DNA of 59,433 nt from Clostridia bacterium (GTDB taxonomy: Bacteria; Bacillota; Clostridia; TANB77; CAG-508): the NCBI GenBank assembly GCA_900758165.1, contig CAAEQN010000136.1:1-59433 (forward strand), written 5' to 3'. Both the position numbers and the translations under genes were made by a program. Under the pieces are notes generated by a model. It had not been told where the DNA came from. It did not search any database and was given only the letters and a program-made list of their open reading frames with translations. Below, one piece after another: positions 38,758 to 47,563 of the stretch. Position 1 is the first letter of the stretch. Every line of letters starts with the position of its first letter.

Positions 38758-38891
38758 GAATTATATGCTTTTATTAAATTACATATATTCAATAAAATAA
38801 TATACCATATATTGTGTTTTAAATAAAAATGTGATAGCATGTGCTAATAAATATAGTTTAATTAAATTTGAAGAAAAAAGAGGAGAAAAAT

Positions 38892-39440
38892 ATGAAAGAA
38901 GAATTTATACAATTATTAAAATCAGTAAACAGAGAAGGAATGGATAACTTATTAGCATTTTTAGAAAAATCAGATTTCTATATAGCACCAGCAAGTACAA
39001 GATTCCATGGGAATTATGCAAGTGGATTATTAGAACACAGTATGAAAGTATATGAGATTTTTAAAGAAAAAGTAAAAAATTCAGGATTAGATGTACCAGA
39101 AGATACCATAAAAATAGTAGCTTTATTACATGATATTTGTAAAACAAATTTTTATAAAGTAGATTATAGAAATGCAAAAAATGCGAAAGGTGAATGGGAG
39201 AGAGTACCTTATTACACAGTAGAAGATACAATACCTTATGGACATGGAGAAAAATCTGTAATGATGATTACTGAATATATTAAACTTACAAATGAAGAAA
39301 AATATGCAATTCGTTGGCACATGGGATTTACAGAACCAAAAGAATTATATGGTACTATTGGGGAAGCATATAAAAAATACCCAATTGCATTATTACTATT
39401 TGAAGCAGATTTAGAATCAACTTATTTTTGCAATATATAA
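38892..39440 (+). CDS. HD-domain phosphohydrolase family protein
   Basis: H...HD pattern (LLEHSMKVY, VALLHDICK) and GHGEKS. The start is moved to ATG 38892, behind the GAGGAG SD. Confidence 0.7.
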   Translation: MKEEFIQLLKSVNREGMDNLLAFLEKSDFYIAPASTRFHGNYASGLLEHSMKVYEIFKEKVKNSGLDVPEDTIKIVALLHDICKTNFYKVDYRNAKNAKGEWERVPYYTVEDTIPYGHGEKSVMMITEYIKLTNEEKYAIRWHMGFTEPKELYGTIGEAYKKYPIALLLFEADLESTYFCNI

Positions 39441-39493
39441 CATTAAAATATTAAATATGAAATAAACAGATTAATTTTATAATAAAAATATAA

Positions 39494-39521
39494 GAGCCGT
39501 TTTGAGAAACGGTTTTTTTTT
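39494..39521 (+). terminator. Rho-independent terminator after the HD-domain gene
   Basis: Stem CCGTTT / AAACGG with loop TGAG, followed by a 9-T run. Confidence 0.8.
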
Positions 39522-39592
39522 ATAGAAAATATAAAAAGAAAAATAATTGTATAAAAAATATTTTTTTCATAAAAATAATATTGGTGAGTAAT

Positions 39593-39850
39593 ATGAAGGT
39601 TTCTTGGATTAAATTTAAAAATGATAAAAAAAGCTTTAAACTTCCAGAAAATTTGGGATTTGATGTATTCTCTTTAAGTAATGAAGATGATGTGGATAAT
39701 AAAATAGATGAATTAATATCAAATAAATACAATACAATTATAGTATCAAATGAGATAGCTGGATTTTCAGAGAAGATTAATAAAGATTACTTATACAACA
39801 AAAAGGTAAATATTATAATCAGTAAAGATACTGATAAACCGCTACAATAA
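39593..39850 (+). CDS. Small hypothetical protein (pattern loosely like V-type ATPase subunit F)
   Basis: 85 aa with ATG behind GGTGAG. The resemblance LGF..F.L....D.....EL.....Y..IIVSNEIA is weak. No other V-ATPase genes are nearby. Confidence 0.3.
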   Translation: MKVSWIKFKNDKKSFKLPENLGFDVFSLSNEDDVDNKIDELISNKYNTIIVSNEIAGFSEKINKDYLYNKKVNIIISKDTDKPLQ

Positions 39851-39853
39851 TAT

Positions 39854-40342
39854 ATGGAGGAAAACTTGAAAGATATTTTATTTGTATGCATTGGAAACGG
39901 TAATATTGTAGGAGATAGTTTAGGACCGCTTGTGGGCTCTTTTTTAAAAATATATGAGAAAACTAACAAGAATATAGAAGTACTAGGGACAATAGATAAT
40001 TCTATTGGATACAAAAAATTGGGCAAAGATTTAAAGAACATTATTAGAGAAAAGAAAGATAGATATATAATTGTAATAGATTCTGCATTAGGAGAAGAGA
40101 AAAATATTGGAAAGATTATGATTAGCAAAAATAGATTATATGCAGGTAGTGGAGTAAATAGAGCAAAAGTTTTAAAAGGCGATATTGTAATAAGAGGAAT
40201 AGTTGGAAAAAATCACAATAATATTAAATTAAACATTAAAGAGTTAGAGAAGATAAATCAAAGTAAAATAGAAGAAATTGCTTGCAAGATTATTTTTGAA
40301 ATAATTTTAATTTTAGAGAGTGAGCATTGTTTTTTATTATAA
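39854..40342 (+). CDS. yyaC: Spore protease YyaC family (DUF1256)
   Basis: LFVCIGNGNIVGDSLGPLVGSFL matches the YyaC signature (IGTDRSTGDSLGPLVG). The true start may be the TTG at 39866, behind GGAGG. Confidence 0.7.
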   Translation: MEENLKDILFVCIGNGNIVGDSLGPLVGSFLKIYEKTNKNIEVLGTIDNSIGYKKLGKDLKNIIREKKDRYIIVIDSALGEEKNIGKIMISKNRLYAGSGVNRAKVLKGDIVIRGIVGKNHNNIKLNIKELEKINQSKIEEIACKIIFEIILILESEHCFLL

Positions 40343-40426
40343 TATATTACGCTTTATATGAAGTATAAAATAATTATAATTGGAAATAATTCCTATATAA
40401 GTTAATTATTATATAGGAGGTAACAA

Positions 40427-40849
40427 ATGAATAAAGAGGGTATGAAAAATATTGTTATATTAAAAAATTTGCCATCTAATTTAATAGAAGAAGCTATTAT
40501 GGTTGTAAAAGATAAAAGTAAAATTAAAAATTTTGACTTTTGTGAGTATATTAAAGATGGTGGAGAAAATTTTTCTACTAATAGAGAAAGAAGAGAAAAA
40601 AGTAGAGTAATTCAAGGATATATGAAAGAAGAAGATTTAAGGAAGATGGAACAGGTAAAAAAAGAAGATAGAAAATATGTTATAAAAGAAGCGGAAATAG
40701 TTGTTTCTAATTATATAAGCAAACTAGAAAAGCCACTATCAGAAAAGGAAATAAAAAAATTAAAGAAATCCTACAAAAGAGTAAGAAAATTAAATTTTTT
40801 GCTGGGAATAATAACTCTTATATCTATAATTTTAGCTATTGTTTTGTAA
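40427..40849 (+). CDS. Hypothetical protein with a C-terminal membrane anchor
   Basis: Good SD (AGGAGG). 140 aa, charged, with one C-terminal hydrophobic helix. Confidence 0.4.
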   Translation: MNKEGMKNIVILKNLPSNLIEEAIMVVKDKSKIKNFDFCEYIKDGGENFSTNRERREKSRVIQGYMKEEDLRKMEQVKKEDRKYVIKEAEIVVSNYISKLEKPLSEKEIKKLKKSYKRVRKLNFLLGIITLISIILAIVL

Positions 40850-40989
40850 ACCTAATAAAATATGAATAAAACCTCTAACTTTGGAATATAAATTTATAAA
40901 AACGAAGGAAGAGGCAAACCTCTTCATCCTTCCAATAATAAAATTGGAAGGATTTGAACTGATTATATATTATCAGATAGGAGGCTTTT

Positions 40990-41929
40990 ATGGAAAAAAT
41001 AATTAGCCAAGAAGAAAGAATAAGAAGAGCAGAAGAAATTTATAATAGAAGAAGATATGAAAATAGAAAAGATAAATATTACATAAATTCTCAAAGTATA
41101 AATAGACAAAGTGAAAATATAACGTTAAATGTAAAATCGAAATTGGCCAAAAAGATGATTATACAAATTATAGTATGTATAATTATTTATGCTGGTATAT
41201 ATATATTACAAAATTCTAACCAAATATTTTCTGAATATGCATTAAATAAAGCAAAGGAAGTTTTGACATACGATATTAATATAGAAAACTTAAAAAATGA
41301 TTCGATTACATATTTTAATAATTTAAAAAATTCAGTTAATAATATATTTACTAAAAATAAAACTAATGAAGATAACGCAAATACTGAAAATATAGTATCA
41401 GAAGAAAATAATGAAAATAGTGAAAATAATATAATTGACAATGAAGTTAAAGAAGAGCAAGGAGCTGTTGGTGGAGCTAATGAAATTGCTCAAGTAGAAG
41501 AAAAGTCTCAAGAAGAACAAGATATAGAATTTGTAAAACAAAACATAAATATAATATGGCCCCTTAAAGGAGTTATAACTTCTAAATTTGGAAGCAGAAC
41601 ACCAACTAATATAGTTACAGCTAATCATTATGGAATAGATATAGCTGGAAATACTGGAGATAGCGTAATTTCAGCTATAGATGGGAAAGTAACACAATAT
41701 TCGTTAGAAGGAGATTATGGTAAGCATTTACGAATAGAGAATGGGGAAGTAACTACTTTATATGCACATTGCAGTAGTTTATGTGTTAAAGAGGGAGATG
41801 TAGTAAAACAAGGAGATAAAATTGCTGAAGTTGGTCAAACAGGAAGGGCAACTCGGCCCACATTTGCATTTTGAAATAAGAAGACAAAATAGATTTATAA
41901 ATCCAGAAGAAATATTAGGAACAATGTGA
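40990..41929 (+). pseudogene. M23 (LytM-type) metallopeptidase, SpoIVFA/SpoIIQ-like by position, interrupted by a +1 frameshift (extra C at 41854)
   Basis: The zero frame reads GQTGRAT-RPTFAF-stop. Skipping C41854 gives [31 protein letters not shown]-stop (TGA 41927-41929), the canonical M23 [14 protein letters not shown] motif. HYGIDIAG lies upstream. It sits directly upstream of the S2P gene. Confidence 0.8.
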
Positions 41930-41938
41930 GGAAACAAA

Positions 41939-42619
41939 ATGCACGTTAAGATAGATTTAAAAATATTTTTGTTTTTGGTTATTTTTATAATAACAAAACA
42001 AATAAAAATATATGCAATACTTATGCTTTTTGCATTGATGCATGAATTAGGACATCTAATAATGGGAGTTGCATTAGGATTTAGTTTAGATTCATTATCT
42101 ATTGTACCTGTAGGATTTACAGTAAAATTTACAACAGAACCTAAAAGTTATAATATAAAAATAAAAAAAGGAAATCTTCTTACAATATATAAAATATTAA
42201 TTGCAATAGCAGGACCATTAGTAAATATTATAATAATATTATGTTCAATCATGTATTATAAAATTACACAAAATGTACAAATTTGTAACTTACCAATAGA
42301 TTTAATAATATATGCAAATGCATTAATTTTTATATTTAATTTAATACCAATATATCCATTAGATGGAGGAAGAATTTTAAAAGGTATAATACATATATTT
42401 GCAGGGATTTATCAATCTTATACAATTACAAATAAAATTTCAAATGTAATTATAATATTGTTAACTGTGATTTCTAGTATAGCTATTTTATTATACAAAA
42501 ATATTGCAATACTTCTTATAATAGCATATTTGTGGCTTTTAATAATAAATGAGAATAAAAAGTTCAATGCTAAAATGCAAATGTATAAGACTTTAAACTG
42601 CAAATTTGATATAAAATAA
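41939..42619 (+). CDS. Site-2 protease (M50), SpoIVFB-like by context
   Basis: HELGHLIMG lies in a transmembrane helix, with NLIPIYPLDGGRIL and about 6 hydrophobic helices. It follows an M23-domain gene, as in spoIVFA-spoIVFB. Confidence 0.7.
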   Translation: MHVKIDLKIFLFLVIFIITKQIKIYAILMLFALMHELGHLIMGVALGFSLDSLSIVPVGFTVKFTTEPKSYNIKIKKGNLLTIYKILIAIAGPLVNIIIILCSIMYYKITQNVQICNLPIDLIIYANALIFIFNLIPIYPLDGGRILKGIIHIFAGIYQSYTITNKISNVIIILLTVISSIAILLYKNIAILLIIAYLWLLIINENKKFNAKMQMYKTLNCKFDIK

Positions 42620-42695
42620 ATTATAGTAAATGTATTGAAAAAGTTTTGATTTAATAGTAATATTATAAGTAGTAAGATATATGGAGGATAATCAA

Positions 42696-44504
42696 ATGAA
42701 AAATATAAGAAATAATAATGGTATTACATTAGTTACTTTAGCTATAACTATTGTTGTAATGCTAATTTTAACAGTAAGTATAACAGCTAGCATGAAGTCA
42801 ACTATAGAAATAAAAAAATATAATAGTGTTAAAGAAGATATTATTTCATTATCAGAGACAATAAAGGAATTTTATTTGGATAATGAAAAATTGCCAATAG
42901 ATAGTAGCAAAGTTTATAAGTTATCTGATTATGGCGTTCCAACTAAAGATATAAATCCAAATGATTCTAATGACTATTATAGAATTGATATAAGCAATTT
43001 TTCAGAAATTGAACTAAACAATGGTGAAAATAATAACAATGAAAACAACCAAGATACAGACGATATGTATGTTGTAAACGAAAAAAGTTTAACAGTATAT
43101 TACTTAAGAGGAGCTGTGCTAAATGGACAGAAACATTATACAATAGTAGATGATTTTTCAGGAGGAGCGTTTGCAGAAGACTATTATTCTGAAGCAAAAC
43201 TACCATTAATGTCAGTAGTAAAACTAGAAAGTAATGGAAAAAATAAGAGTCTAGCTTGCACAGGGGACACTGTAACATTAAAAATGCTTACAAATTATGA
43301 ACTAGACACAAAACCTCAAATTACAATAAATGGAGAAAGTGTAACAGCAACATGGAATGGTCTAATAGGAACAGCAACATACACAATTCCTTATAAAACA
43401 GACAATTTAAAATATGGAGACAAAGTTAAATTTAATATATCTAATTATAATTGTACTTTAATAAACAAATCTGGAGAAAGTACTGTAAAAGAAGGAGAAG
43501 AAATAACAGACGTTTCTTTTGGAAAAGGAGTTACTAGATATGCTGAAACATTAGTACAAGCCTTTAAAGCTGGGAATTTAAATATTGGAGATTATGTAGA
43601 TTATAACAAATATGTAAATGAAAGTAATACTTATACTAGTAAAGTAGATCAAAATGGATGGGCAGACCAAACATATACAGCAACACAAGAAACGAGTTGG
43701 AGAGTTTTAGGATTAAATAAAGCTAAAAATCAATTAATCTTAATATCAGGAGATCCAATAGCGAAAAACATGAACACGAGTTCGGCAAATGATTGGGATA
43801 AAAATCCATACTTATATATAAAAGGTGCTTATGGTTATTTAAATTGTATAGAAATTCTAGATGGAATATCTGGAATATATAGCACAAGTTTAGGAACAGC
43901 TAAAAGTTTAACAGCAAAAGAAATAAACAGATTATTAGGAGTAACAGTAGATAAAGAAAATAAAAAAGTATATGTAAATACAGCTCCAGATACAAATATA
44001 GACCAATGGAAAGCATTAGGAAATACATACACATATCAATCAACAGATTATACCCCAGAAAGTTATATAAATAATAAAACAACTGTAGACACAAGTAAAA
44101 CACCATCAGTAACATTAGATTCATATTATTATAGTTCGGGGAGCCTAACAATTGATGACACATTAAAAGAAATTTTGTTTAGCAAAACAACTTCAAGCGA
44201 CAAATTTTCAAAAGCTTACTGGCTAGCTTCGCCTGGTGTTGGCGCTAACGAGAGTTATGCTTCCTTCGGTCCTGGATTTGTACGTACTGGCGATGTTCGT
44301 GAGGGTGGCTACGCATTATTCGACTCAAAAGGTCGCTGGCTTACTGGTAGGTTAGGGGTCCGTCCTGTAGTTTATCTAAATTCTGAAGTCTCTGTTGATG
44401 ACTTGCAAAAAACAGAAGCAGTTACAGACACATGGAATTATGATAACTCAAATCCACATGTAGCAAATGGAACTAAAGATAATGGATTAGCAGGAATTCG
44501 ATAG
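42696..44504 (+). CDS. Large prepilin-like surface protein with a C-terminal YWLxSP...GVRPV (DUF1566/DUF6273-like) domain
   Basis: MKNIRNNNG/ITLVTLAITIVVMLILTVSI leader and helix, paralogous to 32796. The start is moved to ATG 42696 because the ORF-track ATG at 42681 contains the GGAGG SD. The C-terminus reads YWLASPGVGANESYASFGPGFVRTGDVREGGYALFDSKGRWLTGRLGVRPVVYL. Confidence 0.6.
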   Translation: MKNIRNNNGITLVTLAITIVVMLILTVSITASMKSTIEIKKYNSVKEDIISLSETIKEFYLDNEKLPIDSSKVYKLSDYGVPTKDINPNDSNDYYRIDISNFSEIELNNGENNNNENNQDTDDMYVVNEKSLTVYYLRGAVLNGQKHYTIVDDFSGGAFAEDYYSEAKLPLMSVVKLESNGKNKSLACTGDTVTLKMLTNYELDTKPQITINGESVTATWNGLIGTATYTIPYKTDNLKYGDKVKFNISNYNCTLINKSGESTVKEGEEITDVSFGKGVTRYAETLVQAFKAGNLNIGDYVDYNKYVNESNTYTSKVDQNGWADQTYTATQETSWRVLGLNKAKNQLILISGDPIAKNMNTSSANDWDKNPYLYIKGAYGYLNCIEILDGISGIYSTSLGTAKSLTAKEINRLLGVTVDKENKKVYVNTAPDTNIDQWKALGNTYTYQSTDYTPESYINNKTTVDTSKTPSVTLDSYYYSSGSLTIDDTLKEILFSKTTSSDKFSKAYWLASPGVGANESYASFGPGFVRTGDVREGGYALFDSKGRWLTGRLGVRPVVYLNSEVSVDDLQKTEAVTDTWNYDNSNPHVANGTKDNGLAGIR

Positions 44505-44535
44505 TACAAAAAATAAAATAAAAAGGGAAATTTAT

Positions 44536-46176
44536 ATGTCGAAAATAAACAATTTTTTTGAGAAAATAGTAGAGAATTATAAAAACAGTTTAAAACAATA
44601 TACAGCAACAAATATAGTAATAATACTAACAACGTTATTTTTTATATTTGCCTATAACAGCTTAACAGGAACAATAATAAATAAGATATTAACAATATCA
44701 ATTATATCAGCTATAAACTTTTTTGCATGTGAAACATATCTAAAAGAATCATGGCAAAGGAAAACATCATATATAGTTGGGGTTGGAATAGCAATAGGAT
44801 TTGAAAAATTAATATATACAAGCACTACAACAGCAGTTTCAAGAATTTGCATAGGATACGTAATGATAGTATTTTTAATTGGCCTAATACAAGCAATAAA
44901 AAATACAAAAGCAGACATTGGAGAATACTCTGTAAAGGTATTAAAAAATCTCTTAAATGTAGGAATTGTTTATGCAATTTTAAACATAGGGCTTACTTTA
45001 ATTACATTAATATTTATATCACTAATATTAAGTAGTAAAGGCTTTACATTATTAGGAAGATTACAAATAGCTTTACTTGGACTTTTAGTTTTGCCAGCAA
45101 GTCTAGTAGCAATAACAGAAATAAAAGAAGATTTCTCAAAATTCATAAAAACTATTATATTATATATAATGTTGCCACTAACATTGCTTGCAACAGCGAT
45201 AATCTACATATATATGGCAAAAATATTCATATTAAAAGAAATACCAGCTAACTCAATATTTAGAATATTAACAGGATTGTTCATAGTAGCTTTTCCAGTA
45301 TGGACAATGATATATGCATTTAAGGACAAATCAAAAGTAATAGAAAAATTTTGCAAAATATTGCCAACAGCGTTTATCCCATTTTTATTTTTACAAACAT
45401 ATTCGATATGTGCTCGTATGGATGGAAATGGACTTACGCCAAGTAGATATATGGGAATAGCTTTCATAATATTTGAAGCAGTAGTGATATTCTTATCTTT
45501 ATATAAAGAGAGAAAATATCTAATACATTCTTTAACAACAGCAACAATTATAATAGCAATATCTACAATATTACCATTTGTAAATATGCAATCAGCTTCA
45601 AATATAAATCAAGCAAATAGATTAAAAAGTGCTTGGAGAGAAGGGCAGTCTTTTAGTGAGTTGTCAGAGGAAAACAAGAAATTAGCAAGAAGTGCGTATT
45701 CATATTTAGAAAAACAAGTTGATTCATATAAATATATTCCAAGTTATATAAATAAGGAAGAAATAAGAAACTACATTATAGATAATAATAATTACTATGA
45801 CAAATATAAATCAAAAAACAAATCTGTTGAATATCCAGATAAGTATATATTAGGAGAGGAAAAAGTTGTTTACGTTGAACAATACAAATATATTCAACCA
45901 TTTACTATATCAGAGTATGATAGTAGCCTTAATGATATGCAAAATCTTCAATTAACAAACTCAAAAAAGGTTGATTTAAGAGAATATATATCAAAGGTAA
46001 TAGAACAAAGAGAAAAAAGTGAAAATAATGCAAATTTGTATATAAAAGAAAATAACAAAATAAAAATAGATGAAGACAGAGATTTATATATAAATAGAAT
46101 AAATCTAACATATAAAGAATCAGAAAATATACAAATAGAATATCTAACAATAGAAGGATATATATTAATAAAATAG
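44536..46176 (+). CDS. Polytopic membrane protein (DUF4153-like) with a soluble C-terminal region
   Basis: About 10 hydrophobic helices in the first ~350 aa, then an Asn/Lys/Tyr-rich soluble part. The family call is by resemblance only. Confidence 0.45.
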   Translation: MSKINNFFEKIVENYKNSLKQYTATNIVIILTTLFFIFAYNSLTGTIINKILTISIISAINFFACETYLKESWQRKTSYIVGVGIAIGFEKLIYTSTTTAVSRICIGYVMIVFLIGLIQAIKNTKADIGEYSVKVLKNLLNVGIVYAILNIGLTLITLIFISLILSSKGFTLLGRLQIALLGLLVLPASLVAITEIKEDFSKFIKTIILYIMLPLTLLATAIIYIYMAKIFILKEIPANSIFRILTGLFIVAFPVWTMIYAFKDKSKVIEKFCKILPTAFIPFLFLQTYSICARMDGNGLTPSRYMGIAFIIFEAVVIFLSLYKERKYLIHSLTTATIIIAISTILPFVNMQSASNINQANRLKSAWREGQSFSELSEENKKLARSAYSYLEKQVDSYKYIPSYINKEEIRNYIIDNNNYYDKYKSKNKSVEYPDKYILGEEKVVYVEQYKYIQPFTISEYDSSLNDMQNLQLTNSKKVDLREYISKVIEQREKSENNANLYIKENNKIKIDEDRDLYINRINLTYKESENIQIEYLTIEGYILIK

Positions 46177-46187
46177 TAAAACAAATA

Positions 46188-46237
46188 AAAAATGTGAAGC
46201 AATTTCTCTAAAATACTAGAAAATGTTTCACATTTTT
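46188..46237. terminator. Probable bidirectional terminator between the membrane-protein gene and tdk
   Basis: 11-bp stem AAAAATGTGAA (46188-46198) / TTCACATTTTT (46227-46237) with a large loop. Confidence 0.45.
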
Positions 46238-46246
46238 AAATTGTGT

Positions 46247-46786
46247 TTAGATTTCGCCGTTTATTAATTTATTATAACAATTTCTGCAAACAGGAAGATA
46301 TTGAGAATCTCCAACAACAATATCATTACTTTTTTTACCTTTAAAATAAGTAAATACCGCTTCTTCAGATTTACATACTTCACAGATAGAAGTCATAATT
46401 TCTATATTATCAGCAATACACATAAGATCACCCATTTTACCAAACACTTTTTTTTCAGAAGTTAAATTAAGACCTGCAATATAAAATTTTTTACCAGAAG
46501 AAGCCATTTTATCTATGACATGAACATCACCATTTAAAAATTGAAATTCATCAATAAAATAAGAATCAGCATCATATTTTTCTATTTCAGAAATATCTTG
46601 TATATTAATAGCTTTTATAGAATTGCCAGCTCTAGTAGATATTACATTGTCTCCAGCTCTATCATCTAATAAAGGTTTAAAGACTTTTATATCTTTTCCA
46701 GCAATTAATTGCCTTTTTAATTCGTTAAAAATTTTCTGACTTTTTCCGCATTTCATTGGTCCAGTATATACATTGATACTTCCCAT
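46247..46786 (-). CDS. tdk: Thymidine kinase
   Basis: YTGPMKCGKS P-loop, IDEFQF, and a C-terminal zinc ribbon (CEVC....CRNC). Confidence 0.9.
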   Translation of the reverse strand: MGSINVYTGPMKCGKSQKIFNELKRQLIAGKDIKVFKPLLDDRAGDNVISTRAGNSIKAINIQDISEIEKYDADSYFIDEFQFLNGDVHVIDKMASSGKKFYIAGLNLTSEKKVFGKMGDLMCIADNIEIMTSICEVCKSEEAVFTYFKGKKSNDIVVGDSQYLPVCRNCYNKLINGEI

Positions 46787-47003
46787 ATTTATTTCTCCTT
46801 GAATATAAATTTGCCTCTAATAAATATATATTTAATTTTAAATTTAATCAAGTCTTTTTTGAAAATTTAATATAATAAATTTGGTAAAGAATAATAATCC
46901 TTTATAATTAGCCATAAATCCCATATAATAAAAAGTAGAATATTGTAATATTTTATATAAAATGGTATAATAAGCCAGATGAGTAGTAAAGGAGGATTAC
47001 CTT

Positions 47004-47501
47004 ATGAATAACCAAAAGAGAGAAAATTATATTAGTTGGGATGAATACTTTATGGCAATTGCAAAACTATCAGCAATGAGAAGCAAGGACCCATCTACAC
47101 AAGTTGGAGCTTGTATTGTAAGCGATGACAATAGAATTTTATCAATAGGATATAATGGGGCTCCAAATGGATTTAATGATGATGAATTTCCTTGGGGTAG
47201 AGAAGGAAAAAATTTAGAAACAAAGTATCCTTATGTATGCCATGCAGAAATGAATGCAATATTAAATTACAGAGGAAGTAGAAAGGATTTAGAAGGAGCT
47301 AAAATATATGTAGATTTATTTCCTTGCAATGAATGCGCAAAAATAATAATACAATCTGGAATAAAAGAAATAATATATTTATCAGATAAATATGCTAATT
47401 CAGACAATAATATAGCTTCTAGAAAATTATTAGATGCATGTGGTGTGGTATATAAGAAATTAGACATTGATGCAGAAGATATAATAATAAAACTAAAATA
47501 G
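47004..47501 (+). CDS. comEB: Deoxycytidylate (dCMP) deaminase, ComEB-like
   Basis: WDEYFMAIAKLSAMRSKDP, HAEMNAI and PCNECAK zinc-binding motifs. Confidence 0.85.
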   Translation: MNNQKRENYISWDEYFMAIAKLSAMRSKDPSTQVGACIVSDDNRILSIGYNGAPNGFNDDEFPWGREGKNLETKYPYVCHAEMNAILNYRGSRKDLEGAKIYVDLFPCNECAKIIIQSGIKEIIYLSDKYANSDNNIASRKLLDACGVVYKKLDIDAEDIIIKLK

Positions 47502-47563
47502 ATACAAAATTAAAATGAAATTTAAAAATATTTTAGTTATAAAATTCATAAGTAGGGATAAAA

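Noticed and set aside
44214-44372. The G+C-rich patch as an embedded structured RNA gene (tRNA-like, ribozyme or intron fragment).
   Set aside because: The reading frame stays open, and the patch encodes a recognisable conserved protein motif (YWLASP...GVRPVVYL). I could not fold any convincing cloverleaf or long helices.
47502-47563. LexA box upstream of uvrA.
   Set aside because: No GAAC-N4-GTTY-like sequence is visible in the 62-nt upstream region.
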